A stretch of 52,804 nt of DNA, filler included, from Bipalium vagum (Eukaryota): NCBI GenBank assembly GCA_037834085.1. It is 3 parts of 3 records of this genome, joined end to end, with 100 filler letters (N's around TTAATTAATTAA, not from the genome) between each part and the next. Parts side by side here need not be neighbours in the genome. Positions count along the whole stretch, not along the records: positions 16,516 to 33,310 come from JBBMKC010093796.1; positions 33,411 to 52,804 come from JBBMKC010003969.1; 1 more part is not named here. One strand, 5' to 3'. Position 1 is the stretch's first letter. Each line of letters starts with the position of its first letter. This document shows positions 23,448 to 36,760 of this stretch, in pieces. The position numbers and the translations under genes are program-made. The notes beneath the pieces are model-generated. The model was given only the letters and a program-made list of their open reading frames with translations. It did no database searches and was not told the DNA's origin.

Positions 23448-24954
23448 TTTGAAAATAACCGTTTTTACCTGGTGCCCACTTTATAACTGCAGAGTCAGAA
23501 GTGTTAAATAGATAACCAATAGAATTCTTAGTTAGAATAAGCCAATGAAAACAAAATCAATTAAATTTCGTTTTTTAGACAGTATTGATTAATTAATAAA
23601 ATTATCAATACAATTAAAAATTTGTGCAACGAAAACAAATATTTAAAATTTTCTGAACAAGGTAATGTACCATGGTCGCAACCTGGACGATCTAAGTGAA
23701 TTTATGGACAGTGAAAAGTGATTGCAGAGTTAGGGGCGATGAAATTTTATCTTTTATGATTTGTTCTCCTCATGAAGACTGGATATCTGAGAAAACTTCA
23801 ACATAAGACTTCTATCTTTCTTTTTTGCAAAGATCTTCGGTCAAAAATTAATAAATAATTTAATGATATGATCTTCTATTGGTCCCTTTGTGAAATTGTT
23901 AAATCATTAACTTGTAGGTCTAAAGCTTTATTCAGACATGCACCGTTACTGGGTTAGGTAAACAAATGTTCTACGATTCGTACGTGGCAACTGGGGTTGA
24001 TAAACTACATTCCTTGGTCCATTTCATGGTCAACCAAGTATACTAAGAGACATCTGTATATCCATAAAACTTTTCCAGGCTGATATTAAGTCTTGAACAG
24101 ATTCGAGAGACAAAACGAATGCCTCATTGCGCTCCTGGCTCGTGATTTTTACATTGAAAGAACGAGGGGGACTAAATCTTAATGCTTCCTTAAGAACAGC
24201 TGTTGTCTCGTAATATTCAATAGGTGGAGAATGAGATAGACTGGCTGGCAAGTCTCACTGAGACAATAGAAAGAACTTTCGATGCGATAATTAAGACTCT
24301 TTCTATTTCCAAAGTCTTCGTATCCACTTGCCAAACTCTTTCCACTGCCAACATTTGTCTTTTCTGCTAAATAAAATAATAATAATATAAATATAAATAA
24401 CGAAAATATCATGATGCGTTCTCGTGGTGATGAATGGGGGGAAAACAAAGGGGAAATGTCTCGACCAGTTTCAGCCAGAATTGAGAGGGGACTTGGAAAG
24501 GCAATGAAATTTGTGTACAGAATAGAATTTCTTTTGCTTTTTATTCTTCGTCCATTCAATGTGGAAAATGTGCCTTGAAGAAAAACTGGGAAAGCTTTCC
24601 TTTCCTCCATTCCAAAACGTAACAATGGGGGACCAGGAACGTAGTTGGGTGTTAATTTATTTAATATCAATTTTATAATGGATTCCTCTTTTAACGAAAG
24701 CCTTTAATTGCCATCGATCCGTTCAGACCCTTGAAGGAAGCCTACAGGAATCAATCGTCGATCAGGAAACAAAGACATTGATCCTGTGACGAAGCTTATA
24801 ACTTTAATGTCACCCTGAGAGCATGATGCTCCGATATGTGATAAATGAAACTTGGAAAGACGAGACATCCCTTAATCCTCTGGTGTAACCCGGAACGTAC
24901 TTTTCACTCTTAATCGAAGTGTTCAGAAAAAATTATATTTCACAAATATTTTTG

Positions 24955-26172
24955 TGGGGATAGTCCAAAAATTAAGGTCGCTCTTTAACGTTGAACTTTG
25001 AGTGCACATATTTTAAAAAAGACAAAAAATTAATCGAAATGGGAACCAGTCGATTTACCACACTTTCGCCAATATGGCAGAAGTTTATCTACACCCGTTG
25101 AGTAAATTAGGGAGTTCTGAACTGGAAGAAATCGTTGAAAAGTTTTTTGTCATCATCATGACTTCTGAAACATTTTCCCTTGAAAAAGTTCCGCAAATGC
25201 TGAAAGAAGTGGTGTTTGAAGGCAAAAGATTTTCCAAGTACAATAGATGAGACAGGCTTTGGAAGCAAAACTGATTTAATTTCTGTAAGGTCCATTGTGC
25301 TACTTGCAACCGAGCGTTTTGACGAGGAAGAATCGATCCTTTCCTATTGACTAAAGATGGCTGCCGTTGTCGAAGTTGTAAGTGCATCTCGTCGATTTCA
25401 TAACAATATTTTCCTGGTGAAATGTTCTCACCTGACTTTGAGAAACTGTAATGAACGAGACGGGTCTCAGACCACCAACAGTTCCTATCATCTTCTTTTG
25501 ATATCAATTTGGATTTGGACAATGTTGTATAGCTCGATCATGGTCTAACTCGTGAGGTGAGAGATACATCCACGCTAAGCCAAGACGCAAGCTAAAATCA
25601 ATGGTTTTTCTGCTTTATGTTCAATGATGAGGAACCATCTTATCCTCTGTTGAGATTTACCAATCTCTCATAAGTGGTTCAAAATTGTTCCAATTTAGAC
25701 ATCACTTCTTCTACAAGTTCTTGAACTGTTGTACGTGAGCCGACCTCCACCAAAGCCATTATTTTAATCCTTTTCGAAGATAGTCTTTCGTTTACGACCT
25801 TCATCATTCTTGAGCGTCTTATCTCTACCAAGAATGTTTTTATATCAACGTTGAAGTATGCGTTTGTTTGTTGTTAATTCTCCCAATGAAATATTGGTGT
25901 TACGATTATTTTTCTTTCTCTTTTGATCCAGTTTAAATTCGTATAAAAATTGCGAGTCAATAATTCTTTTCCATATCACGTTCCACAATTATTAAAAACA
26001 TTATTTCAACTTAAATTTGAAGTTGAATTTACTCAAACGTAGATTGAAATGCGCGCTTTAAAATTATATATTGAATACGTAATGAATGCATTAAAACAAA
26101 CAATAAATTGCTAAAATATTATCTAATAAAGATCCAAGACAAAAATCGACATTTATTGCTGGACAAGCTTAA
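24955..26172 (-). mobile_element. Degenerate full-length mariner element
   Basis: Diverged TIRs (gtccaaaaattaaggtcg / cgacatttattgctggac). WWSETRLVHYSFSKSGENISPGKYCYEIDEMHLQLRQRQPSLVNRKGSIL..QNARLQVA; HHFFQHLRNFFKGKCF. Confidence 0.85.
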
Positions 26173-26299
26173 AAATGTGATTTATTATTTCATTTATCTA
26201 CAAAGTTTTTTTTTTTGGACTTTGTGATCTTTTCCTCAGCTAAAACTTAGCATGGACAGTCCACTGTGGAAATACTGAGCTTATTGATAAATTACAAAT

Positions 26300-27070
26300 A
26301 TGAGGAATTTTGTTATTCATCAGAGTATCGACCAATAATTTCTATACACTTTTGCCATTTAAGCGGTAGTTTCCTCAGGTCGGCTTTATAAAACATCGAC
26401 TAGTGAGAATCAGTAAATTCCTGTAAGACCAGTTTTACATCATTGCCAGAATTGAAATATTTTCATAATATAAGTTTTCCAAATTGCGGAAGAAATAGTA
26501 CTCAGCTGGGGGCTATTACTGATGAGTATATGTGGTGATTCCTGTAATTTTGCCGCAGTCTAGAGTTAACATGTAATAATAAGATAGGATATCTATTGAT
26601 TAATCTGGATTTTGCATCTTTTTGTCCAGTTGGTTATAGTTTGTTTCTGCTGTCATGGAAAAGACGGTATCATGAATTTATAATAAATGACCCCTTCGTT
26701 AGACCACCAAACACTCACCAACAGAATCTCTTATATATATTACGCTTCGGGATGTGTTTTATTGGTTCATCTTTCTCCATCCATTATGAGAAATATTAAG
26801 CACTGTCATATCTGATCAATTTTTCGTCACAAGCGACAATTCGATTCAAAATTAGATCAGATTGGTGACGAGAAAGTCACCTCACGCAATTTTGTAAAAA
26901 AAATTGTTTCTGTTTCTCATAGAATTATATTTGCAATCCATTTACCCAAAATTTTCACCTTTCCTATTTCAGCTCAATGATTTTGCATTGTTTGTTTACT
27001 GATATAAAACTTCACCGCCATCTTCATTGGCTCTGAGATGGATTAGTCTCAATGGTGATCTTTAATTGAT
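26300..27070 (-). mobile_element. Degenerate mariner remnant
   Basis: Minus strand LSRHQSDLILNRIVACDEK and YYFFRNLEN...FYKADLRKLPLKWQKCIEIIGRYSDE. Confidence 0.75.
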
Positions 27071-28711
27071 CATTTCGGACCTTTGCTTCTGGGCGACCAA
27101 GCGGTAATTTCTTAGTTCAAAATTATGTGTACGAAATTTAAATAACCAATTTGATATGGTTTGATGTGTGGTAACACTGCAGTCAAATACCCTGATAATG
27201 TTTCAGCCAATCTGCGACGTCGTTGTGCCTCGTAAAAAATCATACTACCAAATAATTCTCGCTTCAGATAAATTCATTTTAAATAAAATTGATTTATTAA
27301 AACAATTGATTATTTTATCAGCTTACAAAGATGACGTAAAGCAGGAGAAATATTTAAAATGTTAAGCCAATGTCAGGTGGTATTATTAACTAATATTTCA
27401 TGCTTGACAACCCAATGTGATATATTATTATATTATTTATAATTATTTGCATTTATTAATATTTTGGAAAATATCACCCACAATAAACGCTTGATCAAAA
27501 TCTTAGGGTCTATTAGTTGGGTATGCGATGAGAAAAAACACATACAATATATACAACATATAATGAGACAACAATACCTAACAACAATAATAATACAACA
27601 ATAGTTGTAACATAATAGTAACAACAATAGCCACAAAATATAAAAAAATTAACACAATACCGACGTCTTTATTTAAGGTGGCATGAGCTCCACTGAGGAA
27701 ATTTGAACTGTCACGATGGTGCCGAAAAAACCTTTTCTGACTCTAATTAAGGAACGAACAGCGATGAATCGAAATGAACGACGATGACAGACAAATGGAA
27801 TTCAGAAATCAAATTAATATGATGCCAATGACTGAAATGAATAACAACTCAATGGGACCTTAGTATTTGGTAACCCTTTCAATCAATTTCAGCTTTGAGA
27901 TCGTCTTGGTCTAACGTAGTCCCTGTAGACTCTTCACTGCTTCACTCTCTCGACCTACGAATCAATAAAAATCGAATCAAGCAGCGTTACAATCGAAACT
28001 ATCAATCCCAATAAAATCAAAATGATCAACCGCTCCGAGACCAACTCAGTTTATTTTGATAAAATAAAAGTAATGTATTAAGAAAAGCAAGAAAATAAAA
28101 CAAGAATCCGCTCACCTTTTTCAGTACAAAATTGAATCGGAATTATTTTCTCTTCAAAAATATGGTTTGGTTTTTCCTTTATTTCTACACCAGTTCTGAT
28201 TTTGTTGAACTGAAATTTCCATTCCATGCAAATACGAGAATAGATTGGAGAAGGATACAAGCCGAATCCTATAGGCTCGTTACTTCAGAAAGACATATTT
28301 TCTGGAGGACTACAACACACTCTATATCACGCATGACTATGCATCCCAGTTATTTCGGTGCCTTCCGACATCAATACTGTGACGGAATACATCTACCAAA
28401 AAGAACTACCAAACTTTCCAAAAAATAGAAAAACACATTTTCATCTTTATCTTCTACGTGAAAAATTATTCTCTACCACTTTTGCTAATCTTACTGTCCT
28501 GTATATCCAAAATAAAAAATAAAGTCTCTCAGGGAAGAAATTAATTTCATTTAAGCATTTTCAAGGCAAAAAAGGTTTATTACTTAATCGCTGGGACATC
28601 ATAAGAACATTTAGGCGTTGTACACAGTTGCAATATGAGGCTTGCTGCAATTTTTTTGTTAATATTATTATCATTTATTATTACTATTATTATTTTTTTA
28701 TTATTATTTGC

Positions 28712-28754
<43 letters not shown>

Positions 28755-29965
28755 TAAAACACTCTTGTAAACCATTTACCAAACCTTATCATGCACGAAT
28801 ATCAAGCTAACGCTTACCTTCTCTCAGTTGAAACGGTCTTCTGTAGGAAGTATGATAAATAAAACTTGATCTCTTCAGAGTTTGGTTCTTTTTAAAAACT
28901 TCTTTTCTTAACTTTTAAAACTTAAAAGTCCTAAATCTTCAAATGGGCAATCCAAAGCTCAGATAAATCAAATTTATTAAATTTTAAATTGTTATTGTGT
29001 TTCTGTGTCACGTAAAAAGTTGATTGGTTATGAAAAATCTAGCTGAACGAAATAAAAGCTTGAAGATGATTTATAAACCATATTATACTTAATTTTTATT
29101 TGATAAAAAGTAAAAATAAAAATTACATTCTTTTATTATTATTTGTTTTGTTTGTAAAGATTTCAGTGTAACACAATATATATCAAATGATCAACATCTA
29201 TAAATGGAGAATGCATTGAACGATCTTAGTGTCGCCTTGTGTTTTTGATCTGTTTAACTTTATAACAAGTCAATAAACTGAACTTTATTATTTGAACTTG
29301 ATAACCTTTGATCTTAATTGAACGGAAATTATGATAAAACTCTGGAAAAGGAATTTAATAAATACCAGAAGGTTCTAAATTTTAATATTAAACATGAAAG
29401 AAACTATATAAATAATAATAATAATATTATTATTAATTAATTAATGATTATTATTCGAAAAATTTATTAAGTTTAATAAGTCCAATAAAATTTTTGGAAT
29501 TAATAAATTCAAATAAATTTAAATTAGAAATTTAAAAAAAATTAAACTTCAACAAAAAATCTAAAAAATTAGAGCTCTAATTAACATGAATAAATTTATA
29601 ATTATGTTAATGAATTAATTACTAATAATTACTATTAAATGATTTCATTAACAAAATATAATGACATTAATATTTAAATATCAAATTTTAAAAATAAAAA
29701 AAGTAAATTAAGGTTTTAAAATTCTTTAAACCGAATCTAATCAATGATTTTTACTACCAGTAAAAAGAAAATCATTATTTAAGCCAAATAAAAAAACAAT
29801 TTGTTTGTTTAATGCTTGACCTTGAGTCAAAATTCAATTTTGAAATTATTCAACAATTTGCCAGGTCAGCTGTCACTGAGTGTTTTTTGCTCACGATCAG
29901 TGTTTTTAACTTTGCAATTTTTTTAACGGCTCAAATCTTTTAACAAGAATTCCACATTACCAGCC

Positions 29966-31194
29966 ATGTTGGAATCACTGTCTCCATTCAACCAGACAAT
30001 ACTCAGCACATTCTTCACCTGGGGCATGACAGCCCTGGGTGCCCTGTGCTGTGTATTGCACTATGCACAAATCGAGAGCGTAATTTATATTTCGTTGTTT
30101 TCATCTCTCCTATTTCTCGTTATCATGTAGCGCTACTTGTTGGATGGCAGTCTGGGCTTTTCGGCCGGAGTATGATTTTTGTTTTTCTCTGTTTATCCTC
30201 CTAACTGTCGTTTTCTTTGGTCGTCAGGTAATGTTGGCCGCTTCCTACTGGTCTTTGTTGAGCCCAGCTGAAGAAATGGCGTTGCAGCATGGTTACGGTC
30301 AGTGGAGCTTTATTCCACTGACGGTGGGACTACTGCTAGGCGCCGGTTTTGTGATGCTTGCCGACCGATTCACGCCTCCCTCATTGTTTATGCCATCAGC
30401 ACCACCGTCTTTATCTTTCCAAACGACCGATAATCAGTCTCGTGATGATTGTTGTCCTGGAAACGGAGTTGAGATGGTTGTCAATGACGATAACGTTGGT
30501 ATCGATTCACAGGTCATCAGGCAACGGCATACTGCAACGACCTCTATGACGACAATTATTGAGACTCCCAATCTATATCACTATCACCATGGCATCAACC
30601 CATCGCCATCATCCTCAATGTTGAGCAACATCGCCATGAGTCGTCGGCGTCTTGTACTACTGATCGTTGCCATTACCATTCATAACGTTCCCGAGGGTCT
30701 GGCGGTTGGGGTCGCATTCGGTGCCGTCGGCCAAAGCAAAATTGCAACCGTTGCCAACGCTCGGAACCTGGCGCTGGGAATCGGCATCCAGAACTTTCCA
30801 GAGGGCCTGGCCGTCAGCTTGCCGCTAAAAGCTTCGGGCATGTCCCTGGCGCGCAGCGTCTGGTACGGCCAACTATCGGGTCTTGTCGAACCCCTGGCCG
30901 GTCTGTTCGGCTGTTTGGCGGTGCGCCTCGTCAGTCCTCTTCTTCCTTATGCACTCGCCTTCGCGGCCGGAGCCATGATCTTCGTCGTCATCGACGACAT
31001 CATTCCAGAAACACAACAACAGTCATTATTATTATTGATTTTCTAAATTTCACTGATTTATCGAGTTTTTATATATATCTCAATATTTTATTGATTTAAA
31101 ATGTTTTAATTACAGGGGTAACGGTAAACTGGCATCGATTTGCGGTCTGTTGGGGTTTGTGGTCATGATGAGTCTCGACATGAGCCTGGGCTGA
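29966..31194 (+). CDS. SLC39A11: Zinc transporter ZIP11 (GufA subfamily); exons 29966-30079, 30131-30169, 30228-31021, 31116-31194
   Basis: TFFTWGMTALGA | LLDGSLGFSAG | VMLAASYWSLLSPA...AITIHNVPEGLAVGV...GIGIQNFPEGLAVSLPL...VIDDIIPE | GNGKLAS...GFVVMMSLDMSLG*. Introns of 51, 58 and 94 nt restore the frame. Confidence 0.95.
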
Positions 31195-31420
31195 AAGCGC
31201 TCGTCAATTGGTTGCCGAAGCAATTCCGAGAAGGCGGACAGTGAGACTCAGAGAGGTTGGGGAGAGGCGCAGGACATTTTATAGATTTTATCTCGTTATT
31301 GTGATTGTGTTGACTTTGTTAATCAACGAAGAAACGTTAACTGGTTTTATTGGATTTTAACGTTGTCATGACAATTAAAATAAAAGACAAATTGTTCTCT
31401 TTATTATTATATTATCATTA

Positions 31421-31813
31421 TTAAACGAAAAATTCTTTTTTCAATTTCCAAATGCCGTTTTTCAAAGACGATGTCGAAGATTGCTTCTGACGTTTGAATG
31501 TGCACAATTCATTGACGATCGTTTTGAAAAGGAGGTTGTTGCCGGCTGATACCTGGTTGCGGAAATGAGCAATCAAATCGTCAGAAGTCGTTCGACCGAG
31601 ACGCGTTTTGAGAAAGAGGAATACATTCTTGGTCATCGATTTGACCTCGTTGCTGACGATGATGGTACTCTTCAAAGAGCCACCTTTGTCGGTGAATGAT
31701 CGATTTCTGATCATTGTCAATATGAATGGCGTAGAGAATCTGGAGTGCTTTTTCAATGAACCGTAGCCAATATCTCTGCCCTTGAAATGTGATTGGAATT
31801 GTGAATCGATACT
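31421..31813 (-). CDS. ERCC6: Terminal exon of ERCC6/CSB (Rad26-like): C-terminal winged-helix ubiquitin-binding domain
   Basis: GRTTSDDLIAHFRNQVSAGNNLLFKTIVNELCTF...GIWKLKKEF aligns with the CSB C-terminus (GQASTREILQEF...FRELLRNLCTF...GIWKLKPEY). Acceptor ttttcacag| at 31814. Upstream exons not found on this contig. Confidence 0.75.
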   Translation of the reverse strand, partial: SIDSQFQSHFKGRDIGYGSLKKHSRFSTPFILTMIRNRSFTDKGGSLKSTIIVSNEVKSMTKNVFLFLKTRLGRTTSDDLIAHFRNQVSAGNNLLFKTIVNELCTFKRQKQSSTSSLKNGIWKLKKEFFV

Positions 31814-33243
31814 CTGTGAAAAAGAGCAAACAATCAATTGTGAGCTGTTATTAATAACAAAATTATTGACTGATTTTTCTACGTAAAAAAACTAAAAATG
31901 AGAAAAATTTTTTTAAAAATCTAATTTAATTATTGATTTTATTAATTAATTTTTATAAAATAATAATTTAAATCAATAAATCTTTAATTTTTTATTATCA
32001 ACATCAATAATTACATTTTCCTATTAGAAATCAATAAATCGCTGAGAAATTTTATTTTTGCTCTGGGAAATAAAAAGAAAACAAAAAATTATCAACCCTG
32101 ACACCTGTTGAATGTCAATAAATCCAATGAAAAAAAGACAAGCTCATCATCGATTTTAGCACCTTCTCTGTCTCGTAAGCTCAGCTGAGAATGGCACTGG
32201 TCACCAGACACTCCTAACTTCTGCTTCATGAAGATGATGATAAAGACATTTAAGACTTGAGTAAATTAACAAATGTCTTGTGTTAAAAATTAGAGAATAT
32301 TGAATTTTTATTAAATCAATAATTGACTAATTGCAATTTTCGATTAAATTAATAATTAAAAACAACAAAGAATTGAAAATCCTGTGGTTTGATAATTACG
32401 TTTGTTTGAAAGTTCAATTGTGTGCCAATAGAAGATAATAAGACAAAAGAATTAATAATACATAGGAACGTAAACATATTTTTCAAAGACCACTTTTTCA
32501 AGGAGAAATCAATAACAATTGAGAAGATTCAAATATTTCGTTCTAAGAATGTCCCTGGTGATATAAGTATTTGTCTAGGGAATAATAATCATTAACAAAG
32601 AAATGTTGGGTGACTTTAATCCATGATAAATAATAATGGTGCTTAATTAATAAATTTGTCCAGGTAGGATTTAATTCCTTTGTACCCGGATGGACTTCTC
32701 TTTCTTTCAGCTCCAATTAGGACTGATTGAACTTCTCACTCATCACAACTGGGAATTACTGTCGGCCCCTTTCAAGGCGATTATCAATTCTTTGATACTG
32801 TCATGGTACTGAACTGACACACGAGATCTGGAAATTGAGAGAGCTCTGTTTAACTGTGCTCAACCGTAAAGGAGTATCTCCTCAAAGCTTAGCTACTTTG
32901 AAATAATTTTTTTTGAAAGTTTTCTTATTTTTAAAACATTTTGGCAGGCAAAGTGCCTATTTATAGAGACATAATTAAGCCTAGAAGCAGCACAGTCAGA
33001 CCACGACAATTTTTTATTTTAAGATCATAAATTGAATATGTTACTTTTAATAAATAAATAATAAATATTTTAAATTTAAATCTTCGTTTTAAAAATTACA
33101 TAATATTGAATTTTAATTAAATCAATAATTATATAATCGCATTTTATAATTAAATTAATAAATTAAAAAAGTGATGAATTAAAAATTCCAATTTTCCAGG
33201 ATTAAAATTGTTTGAAGTCTCAATTAAATGGCAAATTAATAAA

Positions 33244-33244
<1 letters not shown>

Positions 33245-33310
<66 letters not shown>

Positions 33311-33410
33311 NNNNNNNNNNNNNNNNNNNNNNNNNNNNNNNNNNNNNNNNNNNNTTAATTAATTAANNNNNNNNNNNNNNNNNNNNNNNNNNNNNNNNNN
33401 NNNNNNNNNN

Positions 33411-33450
<40 letters not shown>
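33245..33450. other. (TAA)n and (TAT)n contig ends either side of the second artificial linker (33311-33410)
   Basis: Microsatellites flank N44-TTAATTAATTAA-N44. Confidence 0.95.
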
Positions 33451-34346
33451 GATAATTATTTTATTATTTAAAAACCTATTAATAAATATCCAATGAAACA
33501 AAAGATATTTCGATTAAATTATTAATTAATTAAAAGTAATCAATTTTAAAATAATTTTTACTTATTAAAAAAATTAAAAAGAATTTAAAAAAGCAATTAC
33601 TTTAATTTTTTATTATTATAATAAATAATATGATTATTTAATTTTTTTCTAAAATAATATATACATATATTATTGTAAATATTATTTTAATTTTAAATAT
33701 TATTTAATATTTCAATCTCTTTATATCATCACAGCTATTAATTATTTTAATTATTATTCTTTTAAATCATCAGTTTACAATACAAAAAATATTTGACATT
33801 TTTATACATTTCTATTAAAATGACTATTAAAACAAACATACAAAGAAATGAAATAATTTATATTAAAATATTAATTATTTTGCAAAATTCCTTTTTAAAA
33901 CTAATAAAATAAAAACATAAATTTTTTCATGTACTTTATTACTATATAATTAATATTTTTATAATAATAAACAATATGATTTTTGTTATTGTTTCTAAAA
34001 TTTTATACAAATATATTATTCTAAATATTAATTATTATTATTATTATTAATCACTTTTCAATAAAGTTGTTTTTTGTAATTTTTTTATGGACTTCTATTA
34101 GTTTGTTCTGTAAATAAATATTGAAAGAAAATAAGATAATTATATTAAATTATTAATTATTTTACAATAATCAATTTTAAAATATTTTTTATTTTTTAAA
34201 AAATAAAAAATCAATTAAAAAATAAAAAATCAATTAAAAAAATAAAAATTCATTAATTTTCTTATTTTTTATTATTATATAATATTATTTAATGATAATA
34301 TTAATTAATATGATTATTGATAATTTTTCTAAAACTATATATATAA

Positions 34347-34382
<36 letters not shown>

Positions 34383-35190
34383 TATTTTTTTTGTATAATA
34401 GCTGTTGTCAATGTAACAAATATATTAATGTATCTGAAATAAATTTAATTAATAATAATAGAAAGTGTAAAATTAAAAAAAAATTAATTAACTGTAAATT
34501 CGAGGTTAATTGGAATCCAATCTCCCTTATTAGCAGTATTAGTTGTCGAGGAGTGTTCCCCCCACTGTAATCATTGGGCAGTTTTGACTAATTATGAAAT
34601 TTAATTTCTCAAATAATCCTCGTATCTCGGCTCACTGTTCATAATCACAGCTTCATTGAGTATTATCAATATCTCAATCTCTTTATATCATCACAGCTAT
34701 TAATTGAACCCGTGGTAAATTCGTTTTCGAATAATCTCTGCTCTATAGTAAAAAAAAATGGAAAGAAAATGAGCAATAAATCCGTTGAGCTAGACCAAGG
34801 CAACACAGTGTTGGAGCAAATAGACTAAAATGCCACTTCACTGTCAAGAGTAAAGGTTCAAAGAAACTAAAGTGGTAATGATAACTGTCATAATGAATAC
34901 AAGATCTATGGAACTAATTACCATTAACAGTGAAGCATGAATTTCTATGAAAATATGCACTTGTGAAGAGCTGGATGAATTTCGTTGAAGAGAATTCGTT
35001 TCATATGTTACCAAATCATGTATGAACAGCAATCATTTCGTCTCGGGGAAAATTTTTTTCGTTTTAGTGGTAATTATTATTATTTTTTTCTCTCGTCGTC
35101 AAAACGCAAACGAAACACAGAATAAAATAATTTATTTCAGTCTAAAAAATCAGCGGTTATCATGGTTTGTTCCGTATTTGTTCGTTATCA

Positions 35191-35532
35191 TTATTGAGTG
35201 GCAATGACGAAATCCAGGTAGGACATGTAACGAATTGCTAGGCGAAGAATTTCGATTTTCGACATTTTCTTGTCGGGCGGAAAGGTCGGCAAAAGACTTC
35301 TCAGCTGGATGAAGGCCGAATTGAAGGCCTCCACTCGTATGCGTTCTCGGGCGGCATGGGCATTTCGGTATTTTTGGGTTGAACGTCTTCGTCTTCGTCT
35401 TTCTTCTTTAGACAACTTGGACCACGTTTGATCTTGGTCTCCATAGACCCCGTGATTTTCGATATTCCAACTGTCGCTCGACGTTGCACTGGAATTCATG
35501 TCCATGGAATATTCAAATTTCATTTTATTCAT
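35191..35532 (-). CDS. NHLH1: Neural bHLH transcription factor, NHLH/NSCL (HLH4C) family
   Basis: LSKEERRRRRRSTQKYRNAHAARERIRVEAFNSAFIQLRSLLPTFPPDKKMSKIEILRLAIRYMSYL is diagnostic for NSCL. Intronless. NHLH1 versus NHLH2 cannot be distinguished. Confidence 0.92.
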   Translation of the reverse strand: MNKMKFEYSMDMNSSATSSDSWNIENHGVYGDQDQTWSKLSKEERRRRRRSTQKYRNAHAARERIRVEAFNSAFIQLRSLLPTFPPDKKMSKIEILRLAIRYMSYLDFVIATQ

Positions 35533-36760
35533 TTATTTATTATTACGAAAACTGACGATATTAATTGATAATATGCTCGATTTTCATTGGCTGGAAATCC
35601 AACCAATTAGTATTAATCTCTTCAATCTGATTTGCTCGCAATCCAGGCTCAATTAAATTAATTAATTACTGATTGTTAATTAATTTTCTTTGCGTTTTTA
35701 TTTTCACAGTACAATCAGAATGCTTCACTAGGATGCCTAGAGGGTCACCTCTATTAAATTTGTTTAAAATTTAGATACAAAGAAGAATAGGAAGAAGACA
35801 AATGAGTCTTTTTTATTATTTTGAAACAAAGAAGATACGTTCTTTAGTCTTTTTCAGACATTGCCTGTAAAGTAAAAATAATTTTCGAGTAAACGATTTT
35901 AATCTCCTTTAATCCATATTAATTTATTTTAACCATTGGTTACGGACATAATTAAAACTTAATCTTAGAAATAAAATGTAATATTGGCATACTTAAGTTT
36001 TTACTTGAAGATAATTGATTAAGTTTTAATAAAGAAGCCAAAAAAATAATAATATTGATAGTAATAATAATAATAAAATAAAGAAAAAATATAAAATAAT
36101 AATAATGATAATGATAATAATTGATATTTTGCTTGATTGGTCTTTGGTAATAAATTTGCCATCAATATTACAAGTGTGCACCTTTTTAATTATCTACAGC
36201 TTGGATTCAGTAATTTATAAGACTCAGTGAAGCTTAGGCTTAAAAAGAGTGGATTACGGAAGTTAGAAGTAAATATTTAATAATTTTAAAGATGACATAA
36301 AGTCGAATATGATTTTCAGTGGGACATATTGGAAGCACATCCTCACAATATGTGAATGGTTGAAATTTGATTTAACTGTCGCATTTAATATTTTTTTATA
36401 TTTAAAATAATCCGGAAAATTTGCGCTCCATTGAGCTAATCACCTACGACATACCAAGAACTCTAGCATATTATCTGATAGCAGTCCTTGAGACTCTGCG
36501 GATTTTGGTGCCTTGGTTAATGTTCCAAATATGAGGAATAGTAAATTTCTTTGATAATGGTGTCAGATTTATTTTTTGAAATTGAGGAAATGGAGAACTT
36601 TAACACAGACATTGTTGATATTTTTAGAAGAAATAAAGTGATAAAATGTTTCGCAGTTAAAGTTTATTCATTTTATGAAAATATTACGTTTTTAGTATTA
36701 TGAAAACTGGGTAACATATAGCTCTAGATTTCCCCGACTATTTTACTTTAGCTAATAACA

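Noticed and set aside
28628-28810. Poly-Tyr/poly-Ile ORFs (also 16464-16691, 22065-22259, 22268-22684, 27433-27636)
   Set aside because: They are translations of TAT/ATT microsatellites, low-complexity DNA or N gaps.
33245-33450. (TAA)n at contig ends as telomeres or chromosome-fragmentation ends
   Set aside because: Polarity is inconsistent (16516 is opposite to 1 and 33411), and the same repeat occurs internally (e.g. ~28715-28755, ~34352-34382). Assembly breaks at microsatellites explain it.
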